From NCBI GenBank assembly GCA_965215005.1, contig CBDCCZ010000023.1:32001-96000 (forward strand): a stretch of 64,000 nt of DNA, written 5' to 3'. The DNA is from Kofleriaceae bacterium. GTDB taxonomy: Bacteria > Myxococcota_A > Polyangia > Haliangiales > Haliangiaceae. Below are positions 19,718-30,888 of the stretch, one piece after another. The notes under the pieces were generated by a model. The model worked only from the letters and a program-made list of their open reading frames with translations. It was not told the DNA's origin and ran no database searches. The number at the start of each line of letters is the position of its first letter. Position 1 is the first letter of the stretch. Made by a program: the position numbers and the translations under genes.

Positions 19718-21223
19718 CTACCAGCGCCGCCAGCCGGTGTCGCCGCCGCCAGGGGCGACCACCGTCTCGACCGGCTTGCCTTCGCCATAGCCGGAGGCAC
19801 TCTGCACCCCGACCAAGGCGTGTTCCGCGAACGCATGACAGCTGGTCACGCCAGTGTAGGTGAATGCCGACTGCAAGCCGGTCACCAGCTCCACGATGAT
19901 CTCTCCGACGCTGACGCGTCCTTCTTGCAAATAGACTCGTGAACCGGAAATGCCTTCGCGAAAGAACGACTTCTGCGCCCGCTCGAACGGATCGAGACCT
20001 GCGGTTCGATCGATGACCGCTCGCGCGCTGGCCATTCCATAACTCTCTTTGTACGGTCGCCCTTTGGCGTCTTCGCGGACGTCGCCAGGGCTCTCGTACG
20101 TGCCCGCAAGCATCGTCCCGACCATCACACGCGCGGCGCCAGCGGCCATGTAGAGGGCGACATCGCGAGGATTTCGCACGCCGCCGTCAGCCCAAACGTG
20201 TTTTCCGAGCCGCCGCGCTTCCGCGGCGCACGTGCGCACCGCGGTGAAGCTCGGGCGACCGACACCGGTCTGCATTCGCGTCGTGCACATCGCGCCGGGA
20301 CCGACGTTGACCTTGACGATATCGGCACCGGCGGTGATCAGCTCGCGGGTGCCGTGGGCGGTGCAAACGTTGCCCGCGATGAGCGGGATGGTATCGCCGA
20401 TGGCACGACGAACCGCGGCTATCGCTTCGAGCATGCGGCGCTGATGGCCATGCGCCGTGTCGAGCACCACCGCACTCACCCCGCACTCCACCAATGCCGC
20501 CGCCGTGCGCGGCGCGTCGCTGGCGATGCCGAGCGCGCAGGCCACCATGAGCTTGCCGTTGCCATCAACGGCTGGGCGCAACATCTCCAGACGAACCGCG
20601 TCATCGCGGGTGAGAACCCCGACCAACGCGCCTTGGTCATCGAGTATCGGCGCAGCTTTAAGGCGCTCGCGCTCGAGCCTGAGAAACGCCTCACGATTGC
20701 CGATGCCCGCAGCAAACCCGATCATCTGCGATGACATCAAGTGCTCGACCGCGGTGTATTGATCGCGATCGCGCAGATCGGCTGGCTTGACGACTCCAAC
20801 CGGTCGCCGCTGCTCATCGACGACGACCACCATGTGGTGGGCTCGCTTGAAGATCAAACCCAAGACGTCGCGCAGCGTCGCCCGCGGCGACACCCAAAGC
20901 GGCGTGTCGTAACGCGGGTCGGCTTGGCGAATGTGCGCCACGATGCGCCGTACCGTCGCTAGCTCCATGTCTTGTGGCAACACGCCCAGGCCGCCGTAGC
21001 GCGCCATGGTTTCGGCCATGCGCTTGCCGGTCACGGCATTCATGTTTGCCGATACCACCGGGTGACAACCGCCCGCAAAGTCGACCGGCGTCAGGTCGGT
21101 TTCGAGACGGCTGGTGCCATCGAATCGATGCGGTACCAGAAAGACGTCTTCGAGAGCAAGCTCGAGCAACTCGTCACGTTCGGGATGAAGAAACCGCACC
21201 GCGCGAGTATGCGCGATGGACAC
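19718..21223 (-). CDS. guaB1: GuaB1-family IMPDH-related protein (probable GMP reductase) with CBS domains
   Basis: ANMNAVTGKRMAETMARYGG, DTAHGHQ, VGPGAMCTTRMQTGVGRP, WADGGVR, YGMASARAV. Confidence 0.85.
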   Translation of the reverse strand: MSIAHTRAVRFLHPERDELLELALEDVFLVPHRFDGTSRLETDLTPVDFAGGCHPVVSANMNAVTGKRMAETMARYGGLGVLPQDMELATVRRIVAHIRQADPRYDTPLWVSPRATLRDVLGLIFKRAHHMVVVVDEQRRPVGVVKPADLRDRDQYTAVEHLMSSQMIGFAAGIGNREAFLRLERERLKAAPILDDQGALVGVLTRDDAVRLEMLRPAVDGNGKLMVACALGIASDAPRTAAALVECGVSAVVLDTAHGHQRRMLEAIAAVRRAIGDTIPLIAGNVCTAHGTRELITAGADIVKVNVGPGAMCTTRMQTGVGRPSFTAVRTCAAEARRLGKHVWADGGVRNPRDVALYMAAGAARVMVGTMLAGTYESPGDVREDAKGRPYKESYGMASARAVIDRTAGLDPFERAQKSFFREGISGSRVYLQEGRVSVGEIIVELVTGLQSAFTYTGVTSCHAFAEHALVGVQSASGYGEGKPVETVVAPGGGDTGWRRW

Positions 21224-21232
21224 ACGCCTGTC

Positions 21233-22540
21233 TCAGGCCTTGCCACGCATCAGCAGCGGCTCGAGACGCGGCAAGGCAGGAACGATGCGACGCGCCAGAC
21301 GGGAACGCCGCAGGCTGCGAAACGGGTCGACGAGCTCGGTTTGGGGTGGTTTGGCGCCCAGCCGCTCGAGCACTGCACCAATCGGGTGTCGCAAACGCTG
21401 CTGCGTCGCGATGAGCACTCCCATCAGCTCGGCACCGGCAGAGATCAGTGGGCCAGCGCCATACCGCGGCTGACCGGTGCCAAACACATAGAGGTTCTTG
21501 TGCGTCGTTGGCAGGACCCCGGCGATGAGCCGCGGTAAGCCATCGACGATCTCAACCAATCCAGGAGCTAAGAACGGAAAGCTCAGCTGATAGCCGGTTG
21601 CGCAAACGACCAAGTCGAAACCCTCGCGGCTGCCATCGGTGAACTCGACCTCTCGGCCGTGCCACGCAGCTACATCGGGATGTGGCGTGATGCGGCCATG
21701 CCGCAAGTAATACAGTAGCTGCGAGTTGATGGTCGGGTGCTTGTCGAAGGGCCGGTGATCTGGTGTTGGCAAGCCGTAGCGGCGATAGTCGCCGATCACC
21801 AACTTGAGCATCGTCTTCAACAGTGCCCTTTGCATCGGCACAGGCATCCACGGGCGCATGAGCTCGACTGTGGGCAGCCCGAGCATGGTCTTGGGCAAGA
21901 ACCAGTAGCCACGGCGAAGACTGATATGAGAGGCGCTTGCGAAACGCGCCGCTTCAACCGCGATGTCGCACGCCGAGTTGCCGCCGCCGATGACGAGAAC
22001 GCGCTTGCCGACCAGCTGGGCGGGTTGCTTGTAGTCTTTGCTGTGAATGAGCTCGGCAGTCAGCTCGCCCGGATACCGTGGCCAGCGTCGCGCCCAATGA
22101 TGCCCATTGCACACGATGACGCCACCGTAGACTCTCTGCTCGCGCTCGCCCGACCGCTCGAATGTGACCAACCAGTGCCCTTCGGCACCCGTCGCTGGCT
22201 CCACCGTCACAACGCGGGTATCGAGCTCGAGGTGCGCATGCAGTTTCCAGTGCTCGGCGTATGCATGCAAGTAACGCAACATTTGCGAGGCACTGGGAAA
22301 GTCAGGCCAGTGCGCGGGCATGGGAAAGTCGCTGTACTCCGTGGTCTTGCGCGATGAGATGATGTGCACCGTCTCATAGACGCCGTGATACCAGTTGCCG
22401 CCGATGGCATCGGCAGCATCAACCAGGTCGAAGTCGATACGTTGCCGCTGCAGCGCCGCAGCAACGCCCAGACCCGAGAAGCCAGCGCCGATGATGAGAT
22501 GACGCCCGCGTCGCTCGCTGGGGTGCGGCGTTGCGCTCAC
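21233..22540 (-). CDS. Flavin-containing monooxygenase
   Basis: GAGFSG, GGNW, HSKDYK, GGGNSACD, ATGY. Confidence 0.9.
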   Translation of the reverse strand: MSATPHPSERRGRHLIIGAGFSGLGVAAALQRQRIDFDLVDAADAIGGNWYHGVYETVHIISSRKTTEYSDFPMPAHWPDFPSASQMLRYLHAYAEHWKLHAHLELDTRVVTVEPATGAEGHWLVTFERSGEREQRVYGGVIVCNGHHWARRWPRYPGELTAELIHSKDYKQPAQLVGKRVLVIGGGNSACDIAVEAARFASASHISLRRGYWFLPKTMLGLPTVELMRPWMPVPMQRALLKTMLKLVIGDYRRYGLPTPDHRPFDKHPTINSQLLYYLRHGRITPHPDVAAWHGREVEFTDGSREGFDLVVCATGYQLSFPFLAPGLVEIVDGLPRLIAGVLPTTHKNLYVFGTGQPRYGAGPLISAGAELMGVLIATQQRLRHPIGAVLERLGAKPPQTELVDPFRSLRRSRLARRIVPALPRLEPLLMRGKA

Positions 22541-25428
22541 CCGTAGGCCTCCGCCGCACCCAACGCCCGCGCCAGGTGCTCGCGCGTGTGCGCCCGTCGC
22601 CTGGCGAGCCGCTCCTTGGGATCCTCGACCACCAGCGGCTCATCGGGGGTTACCTTGTACAGGGGCTGCCCCTTGCTGACGATGGTGCCTTGGCCATCGA
22701 CGAGCACCTTGTCGATCGTCCCCGCGAACGGTGCGCGTACCTTGTTGAACATCTTCATCACCTCGAGGATGTAGAGCGGCTGCCCCGCCTCGAAATGCGT
22801 GCCCTCGCGCGCCAAAGCCGGCTGATCGGGCGCCTCTTGCGCGTAAAACATACCGCCAGACTCGGCAACGATCTCATCGGCGCTGGTCGCCGGCGGCGGC
22901 ACGAGTATCTTGCGCATCCGCGCCTGCAGCGCCGGGTCGAATAGGTGCTGGGGAATTGTGATCTGCAGGTCCTTTTCGACCCGCAAGTCTTCAAAGGCGA
23001 CGGAGTGCCCGATGCTCGGCACGATGGCAAGCACCTCGAGGCCGCACTGAAATCCTGCGTGAGCACCCCGCACGCGCTGCCATAACTCGTTTGACTCGGT
23101 CCAGGCCGATGGTGGCGTGTCGCGAGCCAACAGCTGCTCGAGCTCGGGAAACGGCATCGTCCCGAGGCGCTCGTCGAGACGGCGATAAAATCCCAGCGCG
23201 GTCTGCATGAGCGCATGGTCGTGGTCCCAGATGACCTGCGCCGGGGGCATGGCGGCATCCCACGTCATGTTCAAGAGCTCGTAGGTTTGCTGCAAGATCG
23301 CGATGGGGTTGGCCTGCCAGCGCACCCCTTGCGCGTCGAACGTGAAATCGCCGCGGTGATGGCTGAGCCATGCTGATAGCAGATGCGGCTCCTCGAACAG
23401 TCTTTGCAGGACACGGCCAAGCAGCGTCTGTTTGGCCGCGATCGCCGCACGCACGCCATCGCCGTTAGCGGCTCCAGCGGCTTTCTCACGGTGCTCCTGC
23501 ACGTAGGCAAGCGCGTAGTCGATATCGAGCTCGCGCGCCTGCTCTGCTAGCAGCCCGACCAGCGTCAGGTACGGCATGACGAAAGCCGTGGTGGGCTCGG
23601 CCATGACATCGCGCGCTAAAAACCAATGCACCAGCCCATAGTGGAACGCCAGGTTGGTTTCGAGATCGACGCCACGCAGGCGCGTTACCCGCAGGATTTC
23701 GGCCAAACGCTCATAGCTGTCGCGGCGATCGCTGCCGTGTGTAATGAGCAGCGCGACGTTGGAGTCATACGCACCCGCGAGTCGGTAGTGCATGAACATG
23801 CCGGTGTCGGGGTTCTTGAGCGAGATGCCTTGGTCATCGCGAATCTCACCCGCGATCGGATCGCTCCAGTTGACGATGATCCCGCCGGCATGAGGCGCTA
23901 GCGCCCGATTGGTGGCGTTGAGTCGTGCTTCCAATGCGGCCATCTCACGGACCCGCCGCTCAGGGCGCGGCAGCCGCGCGCCATGGCGGGCAAGGAGCAC
24001 CATGCATTCGACTAGCGAACGAACCTCGAAGAAGTCGTCTGGATCCTCGGGATTGCAAAACCGCAGGGTGTAGCAAAGCTCGGAAACTCGATGCTCGACC
24101 TGAATGCGAGTGTTGACCTCCATGAAGAAATGGCGGTCGCGCTCGACGATGCACTCAAAGGTCGACGCCGAGTCCAACCCGACCGCGCTGCCAAAGCGCT
24201 CGGCCTCTTCCTCCATACGACCCAAGGTCTTCAGATTGCGCGCAATCGCCTCGGCGCGGCTCGTCTCGCCGCGCTGCGCTGCACGTTCCTGCTCGGCAGC
24301 CAACCCTTCGCGCGTGATGGAAACCTCGAGAAGCTTTTGCTCGTGCATCTGCAGCGAACAATCTCGGCCGCCCATGGCGAGCGTCCACTGACCATTGCCG
24401 ATCAGCTGGATCTCGTTATGTCGCGTCTGTTCGATGTTGAGCTCGATGAGAATGTTCTTGTTGTCACCAACGCCCGTGGCTTTGACCTCGGACAAGACCT
24501 CGAGAACTTTCTCACTAGCGATATTCGCGGCGGTGGCGGCGGCAGCGCGAGGATCGCGGGCGTCGGCGCTGATGCCCGCGAGAATGCGCTGGCCTTTGCC
24601 ACCGCCGCCGCCGATCGCCTTGAGACGAACGCGTGAGCCCGGATGCTCCGCGAGCATCACCGCCACGTCGTTGGTGATTTGCGCTGCTAGCTCATCAACG
24701 GTGTACAGGTCGATGCCGCGGGCATAAGCAGCCTCGAGAATGGCATCGGCAACAGCGAAAAGATTCGTCTCCTGGGCCCATAGCGCCTCGTCGATGGTTA
24801 GCTGACGCGACGCTGCCAGCTCGCGCAGCGCCGCGATGCTGCCGTGCTTGGCCAGCAACGTGCGAGCGGTGGCGTTGTCGACACCCGGAGTCACGCTCAC
24901 GTTTTCTTGCTGTGCGGTGCGCTTGGCCTCGTCTTTGAGTCCGGCGGCGCGCACCACATGCGAGCCCGGGCCGATGAAACGCAGCCCGGCGCGCTCGATG
25001 GCGGCGACCAGCTGTTCATCCTCCGCCATGAAACCGTAGCCGGCAAAAATCGAGTCGTAGCCGTGGGCGTGCGCGATAGCGATGATTTCCGCGATGCGCT
25101 CGCCGCGCTCTTCTTTGGTGGCGCCCGTGTAGTCCTTGACGCGATGAACGTGGGCGTTGTCGATGACGCGCAGCTCGGGCGCCAGCGCGAAGGTATAGAC
25201 GATGGAGTCCTTTTCCGACAGCAGAATGCCGTAGTGGCCGATCCCCATTTGCGCACAGACGTCCATCGCTTCTTTGCGAATCGGCCCGCGACAAATGATC
25301 AATGGCCGCAGATCTTCGCAGGCAAACGAGCGCACCCATGGCGACGAGGAGCTCTTGCGACGACGGTCTTCGACGACGAGAGGGTTGTTGGCGTAGTAAT
25401 CGCGTTGCTGGTCGAGGGAAGACTTCAT
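22537..25428 (-). CDS. Acyl-CoA carboxylase biotin carboxylase subunit with C-terminal biotin carrier domain
   Basis: GYGFMAE, GGGGKG, RDCSLQ..QKL, EVNTRIQVEH, biotinylation site EVMKM. Confidence 0.92.
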   Translation of the reverse strand: MKSSLDQQRDYYANNPLVVEDRRRKSSSSPWVRSFACEDLRPLIICRGPIRKEAMDVCAQMGIGHYGILLSEKDSIVYTFALAPELRVIDNAHVHRVKDYTGATKEERGERIAEIIAIAHAHGYDSIFAGYGFMAEDEQLVAAIERAGLRFIGPGSHVVRAAGLKDEAKRTAQQENVSVTPGVDNATARTLLAKHGSIAALRELAASRQLTIDEALWAQETNLFAVADAILEAAYARGIDLYTVDELAAQITNDVAVMLAEHPGSRVRLKAIGGGGGKGQRILAGISADARDPRAAAATAANIASEKVLEVLSEVKATGVGDNKNILIELNIEQTRHNEIQLIGNGQWTLAMGGRDCSLQMHEQKLLEVSITREGLAAEQERAAQRGETSRAEAIARNLKTLGRMEEEAERFGSAVGLDSASTFECIVERDRHFFMEVNTRIQVEHRVSELCYTLRFCNPEDPDDFFEVRSLVECMVLLARHGARLPRPERRVREMAALEARLNATNRALAPHAGGIIVNWSDPIAGEIRDDQGISLKNPDTGMFMHYRLAGAYDSNVALLITHGSDRRDSYERLAEILRVTRLRGVDLETNLAFHYGLVHWFLARDVMAEPTTAFVMPYLTLVGLLAEQARELDIDYALAYVQEHREKAAGAANGDGVRAAIAAKQTLLGRVLQRLFEEPHLLSAWLSHHRGDFTFDAQGVRWQANPIAILQQTYELLNMTWDAAMPPAQVIWDHDHALMQTALGFYRRLDERLGTMPFPELEQLLARDTPPSAWTESNELWQRVRGAHAGFQCGLEVLAIVPSIGHSVAFEDLRVEKDLQITIPQHLFDPALQARMRKILVPPPATSADEIVAESGGMFYAQEAPDQPALAREGTHFEAGQPLYILEVMKMFNKVRAPFAGTIDKVLVDGQGTIVSKGQPLYKVTPDEPLVVEDPKERLARRRAHTREHLARALGAAEAYG

Positions 25429-27146
25429 CAGTGAAACTCGCGCTGCACGCCGGAAAACGGGCCCGGCTGGTAATGACGCAGAAAGAACAGCAGATTTTCG
25501 CCAATCACCTGACGGAGCTGGTTCGGCATGACGATCTGCGAGATGGAGCCCAAGCTGAGGGCTTCGCGGGGATTCATTAGCTCGCGCTCATAGCGCTGCC
25601 CGAGCTCGTCTTCGCGCGCCTTGAGCCAAGCGGCGGCTTCGGCGTGGGCGGCCGCTCGCGCGTCTTTGTCACTCTCGCCCGCCGCCCGCCGCTCTCGAAT
25701 GGCGGCTGCGACGCGGTCGGTGACGCTGCCGCGCAACGCCCGCAGCTCCTTCTTATAGACGAACTCCTTGCCCGCCGCTCCCATCACGGCAACGCGGGTG
25801 GTGGGCAGCGCCAGCACCAGGTCCGCCCCTGTTGCGTAGCAGTTGAAGGAGGCATAGGCACCACCAAACGCGTTGCGCAAAATGAGCAGGATGCGCGGCG
25901 TTCGCACGTCGATGATCGAGTCGAGCATGGCGCGCCCTGCCTGGACGATACCGAGCCCCTCTTGCTCCTTGCCCGGCAAGAAGCCCGTGGTGTCTTCCAT
26001 GAACACGAGCGGAATGTTGTAGAGATTGCAGAATCGAATGAAGCGAGCATTCTTGTAGGCCGCGGCAACATCGATCTGCCCAGAGGCAACGGCGCTGTTG
26101 TTGGCGACGAAGCCGACGACGTGGCCACCGACTCGCCCAAACGCGGTGATGGTATTGCGCGCCCGCCCGGGCTGGATTTCGAAATAGTCGCCGTGATCGC
26201 AAATGCGCTGGATGATGATGCTCACGTCGAACGGCGTGTTGAACCCGCTGGGTGACTCGAGAGTCTTGCGCAGGAGGGTATCCATCTCGGTGGTCTCGCG
26301 GTCGATTGGGTCGCTAGTGGATTGAAACGGCGCTAGCTCGCGATTGTTGCTTGGCAGATAGCCGAGTAGCCGCACCACCGTGCGCAGCGCGCTCACCTCA
26401 TCGCCCACGGTGAGATCAGCCACGCCAGAAGCGCCGTGCACGCGCGGTCCTCCGAGCTCATCGGGCGTGACGTCCTCGCCCAGCACCGACTTGACCACGC
26501 CAGGCCCGGTCAGCCCGAAGAAGGTCTCGCTCGGCTGAATCACGAAGCTGCCTTGCCGTGGCAAATAGCTCCCACCGCCGGCGTTGTAGCCAAACATGCA
26601 CATGATGCTGGGCACCACGCCGCTGATCTTGCGCAGCGCGCGAAATGCCTCGGCGTAGCCATCGAGGCCGCCGACGCCGGCCGGAACGAAGGCACCCGCG
26701 CTGTCGTTCATACCAACGCACGGAATTCCTTTGGCGCCGGCCAGCTCGAAGAGCCGAGCGAGCTTTCGGCCGTTTGTTGCATCCATCGAACCGGCGCGAA
26801 CGGTGAAATCGTGACCGTAGAGGGCAACGTCGCGGCCGCCGATCTCGACGATGGCCGTGACCAGCGACGCGCCGTCTAGATTGGGTCCCCAGTTGTTATA
26901 AAGGATCGTCGGAGGCTTGGCGGTGAGCACGCGAATGCGCTCCCACACCGTCATCCGGCCTTTGAGGTGTTGCTTGGCGATCTGCGTGATGCCCGCGGCG
27001 GTCCGGGGCCGCTCGATGAGCGCGGCGCCTTCTCGCAACACGCGGTCGTATTCGCTGCCGCCAGCGGCGCTGGCTCGATCACCAGGATCGGCGAGTGGAT
27101 CTTCGAGAATGGGGGCCAAAGGCGGTTCTTGAGAATCGTTGGACAT
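25428..27146 (-). CDS. Acyl-CoA carboxylase carboxyltransferase subunit
   Basis: [40 protein letters not shown]. Confidence 0.92.
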   Translation of the reverse strand: MSNDSQEPPLAPILEDPLADPGDRASAAGGSEYDRVLREGAALIERPRTAAGITQIAKQHLKGRMTVWERIRVLTAKPPTILYNNWGPNLDGASLVTAIVEIGGRDVALYGHDFTVRAGSMDATNGRKLARLFELAGAKGIPCVGMNDSAGAFVPAGVGGLDGYAEAFRALRKISGVVPSIMCMFGYNAGGGSYLPRQGSFVIQPSETFFGLTGPGVVKSVLGEDVTPDELGGPRVHGASGVADLTVGDEVSALRTVVRLLGYLPSNNRELAPFQSTSDPIDRETTEMDTLLRKTLESPSGFNTPFDVSIIIQRICDHGDYFEIQPGRARNTITAFGRVGGHVVGFVANNSAVASGQIDVAAAYKNARFIRFCNLYNIPLVFMEDTTGFLPGKEQEGLGIVQAGRAMLDSIIDVRTPRILLILRNAFGGAYASFNCYATGADLVLALPTTRVAVMGAAGKEFVYKKELRALRGSVTDRVAAAIRERRAAGESDKDARAAAHAEAAAWLKAREDELGQRYERELMNPREALSLGSISQIVMPNQLRQVIGENLLFFLRHYQPGPFSGVQREFH

Positions 27147-27320
27147 GAGTGCTCTTGGGGCTGGGCCGCCCAGACGTAGCGCGGCAGGAGGAGCTTACGC
27201 GACCAAAATACATCGCGTCACGAGCTCGAGCTGCGCAACTCCCGGCTCCCCCCAAGGATCCCATCTCGTCGTCTCGGGCGTTCCGCTAACGCACCCCGCT
27301 CCCCGCCGCACTGCGAGAAC

Positions 27321-27335
27321 TGGCACGTAGCGTGC
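27321..27335 (+). promoter_or_regulatory. Candidate sigma54 -24/-12 promoter for the HAD gene
   Basis: TGGCACGTAGCGTGC (GG-N10-GC, near consensus), 13 nt upstream of the ATG. Confidence 0.5.
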
Positions 27336-27348
27336 GTTCGCCTGCCGC

Positions 27349-28041
27349 ATGGAGTCCTCTACAAACCCGCCACTGCGGGCCGCCCTACTCGACTTCGACG
27401 GCACCTTGGCCGACAGCAACGATGCCCACGCTCGAGCCTGGGTCGAGACGTGCCATCGAGACGGCTTGCGCGAGGTTACCTTCGAGCAGGTTCGACCTCT
27501 CATCGGAATGGGCGGCGATAAGCTCCTCGAGGCGCTCCTGAACCTGGCTTCCGATGACCCGCGCTCGCTCGAGCTGCGCGAGCAACGGGGCACGCTGTTT
27601 CTCGAGCGGTACCTCGCCGAGGTGGAGCCATTTCCGCGCGTTCGAGACCTGCTGACGCACCTCAGAGCGATGGGATTGACGCTGATCGTCGCTACCTCGG
27701 CACGGAGCGACGAATTCACTCGAATGGCGCAGCACATCGGCATCGACGACCTCATCGACGGTGCGAGCTCATCCGACGACGCCGACGAGTCCAAACCTGC
27801 CCCCGACATCGTCGAGGCCTCGCTAAAGCTGGCCGGCTGCGCGCCAAACCAGGCATTCCTGCTTGGCGACACGCCCTACGATGCTGCCGCAGCCGCTCGC
27901 GCCGGCGTCGCCTTCATTGGTGTGCGCTGCGGAGGTTGGCCCGCTCACGAGCTGGCGGCGCTCGCCGTCTACGACGATCCCGCCGATCTCGTGGCCCGCT
28001 GGTCCACGACACCACTCGCCCAGCGCTGTCCGAACGCGTAG
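27349..28041 (+). CDS. HAD-superfamily hydrolase
   Basis: DFDGTLAD, ATSA, KPAPD, GDTPYD. Confidence 0.92.
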   Translation: MESSTNPPLRAALLDFDGTLADSNDAHARAWVETCHRDGLREVTFEQVRPLIGMGGDKLLEALLNLASDDPRSLELREQRGTLFLERYLAEVEPFPRVRDLLTHLRAMGLTLIVATSARSDEFTRMAQHIGIDDLIDGASSSDDADESKPAPDIVEASLKLAGCAPNQAFLLGDTPYDAAAAARAGVAFIGVRCGGWPAHELAALAVYDDPADLVARWSTTPLAQRCPNA

Positions 28042-28066
28042 AAGCGCTTCGCAAGACGCGGGCGCA

Positions 28067-28383
28067 TTCTAGCAATCGTAGCGGGGACAGCCCCCCGGCC
28101 GCTTGCGGTCGGGATCAACAATCAAGGAATCCTGGCCCAAACGCGGCAAAGGCGCCCCGCAGGGCGCCTTCTAGCAATCGTAGCGGGGACAGCCACCGGC
28201 CGCTTGCGGACGGGATCAACAATCGAGGAATCCTGGCCCAAACGCGGCAAAGGCGCCCCGCAGGGCGCCTTCTAGCAATAGTAGCGGGGACAGCCCCCCG
28301 GCCGCTTGCGGACGGGATCAACAATCGAGGAATCCTGGCCCAAACGCGGCAAAGGCGCCCCGCAGGGCGCCTTCTAGCAATAG

Positions 28384-28395
<12 letters not shown>
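28067..28395 (-). repeat. Three 101-102-bp tandem repeats plus a partial unit, each containing the tRNA-Met 3' end and a GC hairpin
   Basis: Units start at 28067, 28169, 28270 and 28372. Each has TAGCGGGGACAG (reverse complement of the tRNA 3' end); full units also have GGCGCCCCGCAGGGCGCC. Confidence 0.93.
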
Positions 28396-28457
<62 letters not shown>

Positions 28458-28639
28458 CCGAGTTATCAACCCTCGCCGCTGCGAGGGACAGAACCAATAG
28501 CGAAGTAGCAGATGCAGGTCAAGCACCCCTCGTAGTTTTTTGCTGTTGCTGCCGACCGCGAAAACCGATGGCTTTCAGCGAGCCAGTGGCGGCTTGCAGG
28601 TAGAATCACCGCGCCGGAGCGGTGCCGGCGGCACGACGA

Positions 28640-30784
28640 ATGAATGAGGTGAGCCCCACAGCATGCGCGCAGGTCCTGCAGGCAGCGGAGCGGTTGGCGC
28701 TCGCGCCGCAAGCGCGGCTCGAGGAGCTGGGGCTCAGCTCGGAACAGCAGCATGGCCGAGGAGCACGGGTATCCTGGGATGCGTTTCGCGCGCTCCTTGC
28801 CGCGCTGGAGACGCGGGGCGCGCGTCACCAAGAGCTCGACGCCCTCGGGCTCGAGATGCTGCACGTTCCCGCCTTCGCCACCATGGGGCGACTGGCGTCG
28901 ATGCTGTTCTCGACTCGTCAGCTGTACTGGTTTGGCGCCCGCTGGATCACGCCGTCGCTGTTTCCGCACCTTCTCGTCGAGCAGCGCGATGTAGACGGCG
29001 GCGTCGAGCTGCGCGTCGAGCTCCCCGAGCCTTACGCGCCGAGCAGCGAGTTTTGGCAGCTCTACCTCGGCGCGTGGCGCGGCTTCCCGGTGCTGCTTGG
29101 CCTCGAGCCCGCCGCGATCACCTACGAGCTCAGCGAGCGCTCGATGCGGGCCGTCGCGCAATTTCCCAAACAGCCCTCACTCGTCAAGCGCCTCGGACGC
29201 GCGGCGCGGACCGCGGTATCGCCATGGGCCATGGCGCAGGTGCTAGCCGACCAACAAGATGAGCTTCGCGAGCGCTATCGGGAAATCTGGCGCTCGCGAG
29301 AGAGCCTGCAACAGCTCATCGATCGAATACCCGATGCGGTGCTGGTTCATCGCGACGGCCGCATCGTTTATGCCAACCCGGCGATGCTCACGGCGCTTGC
29401 GCTCTCCACCGACCTCGTCGGCCGTCCGCTGCTCGAGCTGATCGTCGCAAGCGATCGCGACCTCGCGCGCACGCATCTGCTCGGCGGCGGCCGCTCGCGC
29501 ACGCAGCTTCGCGAGATCCGCATGCGCCGCGATGGTGGCGGCACGGTTCTCTTCGAAATGGCTCCCCCCGCCGAGCTCTACTTCGGCAGTAGCCCCGCAA
29601 TGCTGCTCGTAGGGCGCGATATCACCGACCGCCGGCGTCTCGAAGATCACCTGATGCGCTCCAATCGCCTCTCTTCGCTCGGAAGACTCGCGGCCGGAGT
29701 CGCGCACGAGCTCAATAATCCCCTCGCCTATATTGGATTGAATCTACAGCTCTTGCAGAAGACGATCGCGCAGCTCCCCAACGAGCACAGCCGCGACGGC
29801 GCGCGCCGCTCCATCGAAGCCGCGCGGCATGGCGTAGAACGCGCACGGACCATCGTCCGCGACTTATCCACGTTCTCACGCCCAGAGCAGGAATCGACTG
29901 AGTCGCTCGACCTTCGCGTCGTCATCGACGCGGCCGCCGCCATGATCAAGAGCCAGCTCGAACAACGTGCATCACTGGTTACGAGCTACCAAGGCGCGCT
30001 GCGCGTGCGAGCCAATCGCTCGCGCATGGAGCAAGTATTCGTCAACCTATTCATGAATGCACTCGAGGCCTTCGGCGAACGTCCCAAGAGCCAAAACGTC
30101 ATCGAGGTGCGCGCCTGGGGAGGTACCGGACACGAGACTCTCGTTGAGGTCTCCGACAACGGTCCTGGAATCGCCCGCACCCTCATCGACAAAGTGTTCG
30201 ATCCCTTTTTCACCACCAAACCCGTGCGTGAAGGCACCGGCCTTGGATTGTCGATCTGTCACGGCATCATCACCCGGTTTGGCGGCGACATCGGTGTCAC
30301 GTCGGACGCCGGCGCCGGCAGCACATTCCGCCTCACCTTCCCCATCGATCCGATTCCAGCGCTGCAAACGTCGCTGCCGAGTCTCGAGCAACCTACGGCA
30401 ACCGAGCGGCCCCGACGCAAGATCCTCCTCATCGATGATGAGCCCAAGCTCGCCTCCATCTTGGCGGAGCTCTTGGAGCTGCATCACGATGTCGAGGTCG
30501 TGGTCGATGGCCACGATGCCCTCGGTCGCCTCCTCGGTCAGGAGCACTTTGACTTGGTGCTCTGCGATCTCATGATGGTCGGACTGACCGGCATGGAGCT
30601 CTACGACGAGCTGCGCCGGCACGACCCTGCGGCGGTCACTCGGCTGGTGTTCATGACCGGCGGCGCCTTTACCCAAAAGGCTCGCGAATTTCTCGAGAGC
30701 GTCTCTAACGAGTGCCTCGAGAAGCCGTTTACCGTCGACCGCATCCTCGACGTCGTCGAGCAGATTGCCGCGCGCGAGCAATAG
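28640..30784 (+). CDS. Hybrid sensor histidine kinase (N-terminal sensory region, PAS, HisKA, HATPase, receiver)
   Basis: AHELNNPL, QVFVNLFMNA, DNGPG, DPFFTTK..GTGLGL; receiver LLIDDE...DLMM...KP. Confidence 0.92.
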   Translation: MNEVSPTACAQVLQAAERLALAPQARLEELGLSSEQQHGRGARVSWDAFRALLAALETRGARHQELDALGLEMLHVPAFATMGRLASMLFSTRQLYWFGARWITPSLFPHLLVEQRDVDGGVELRVELPEPYAPSSEFWQLYLGAWRGFPVLLGLEPAAITYELSERSMRAVAQFPKQPSLVKRLGRAARTAVSPWAMAQVLADQQDELRERYREIWRSRESLQQLIDRIPDAVLVHRDGRIVYANPAMLTALALSTDLVGRPLLELIVASDRDLARTHLLGGGRSRTQLREIRMRRDGGGTVLFEMAPPAELYFGSSPAMLLVGRDITDRRRLEDHLMRSNRLSSLGRLAAGVAHELNNPLAYIGLNLQLLQKTIAQLPNEHSRDGARRSIEAARHGVERARTIVRDLSTFSRPEQESTESLDLRVVIDAAAAMIKSQLEQRASLVTSYQGALRVRANRSRMEQVFVNLFMNALEAFGERPKSQNVIEVRAWGGTGHETLVEVSDNGPGIARTLIDKVFDPFFTTKPVREGTGLGLSICHGIITRFGGDIGVTSDAGAGSTFRLTFPIDPIPALQTSLPSLEQPTATERPRRKILLIDDEPKLASILAELLELHHDVEVVVDGHDALGRLLGQEHFDLVLCDLMMVGLTGMELYDELRRHDPAAVTRLVFMTGGAFTQKAREFLESVSNECLEKPFTVDRILDVVEQIAAREQ

Positions 30785-30863
30785 TCCCGTACGGGGCTCA
30801 CCCGCCCATAGGCGCCGAACGCATGACTCTCCTCGCTCTGCGGATATTTGCTTCGACTCCCGA

Positions 30864-30884
30864 ATATTTCATGATACGAAATAT
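30864..30884. promoter_or_regulatory. Palindromic operator upstream of the MarR gene (probable autoregulation)
   Basis: ATATTTC-atgatac-GAAATAT, an AT-rich perfect inverted repeat just before the ATG at 30889. Confidence 0.65.
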
Positions 30885-30888
30885 CTTC

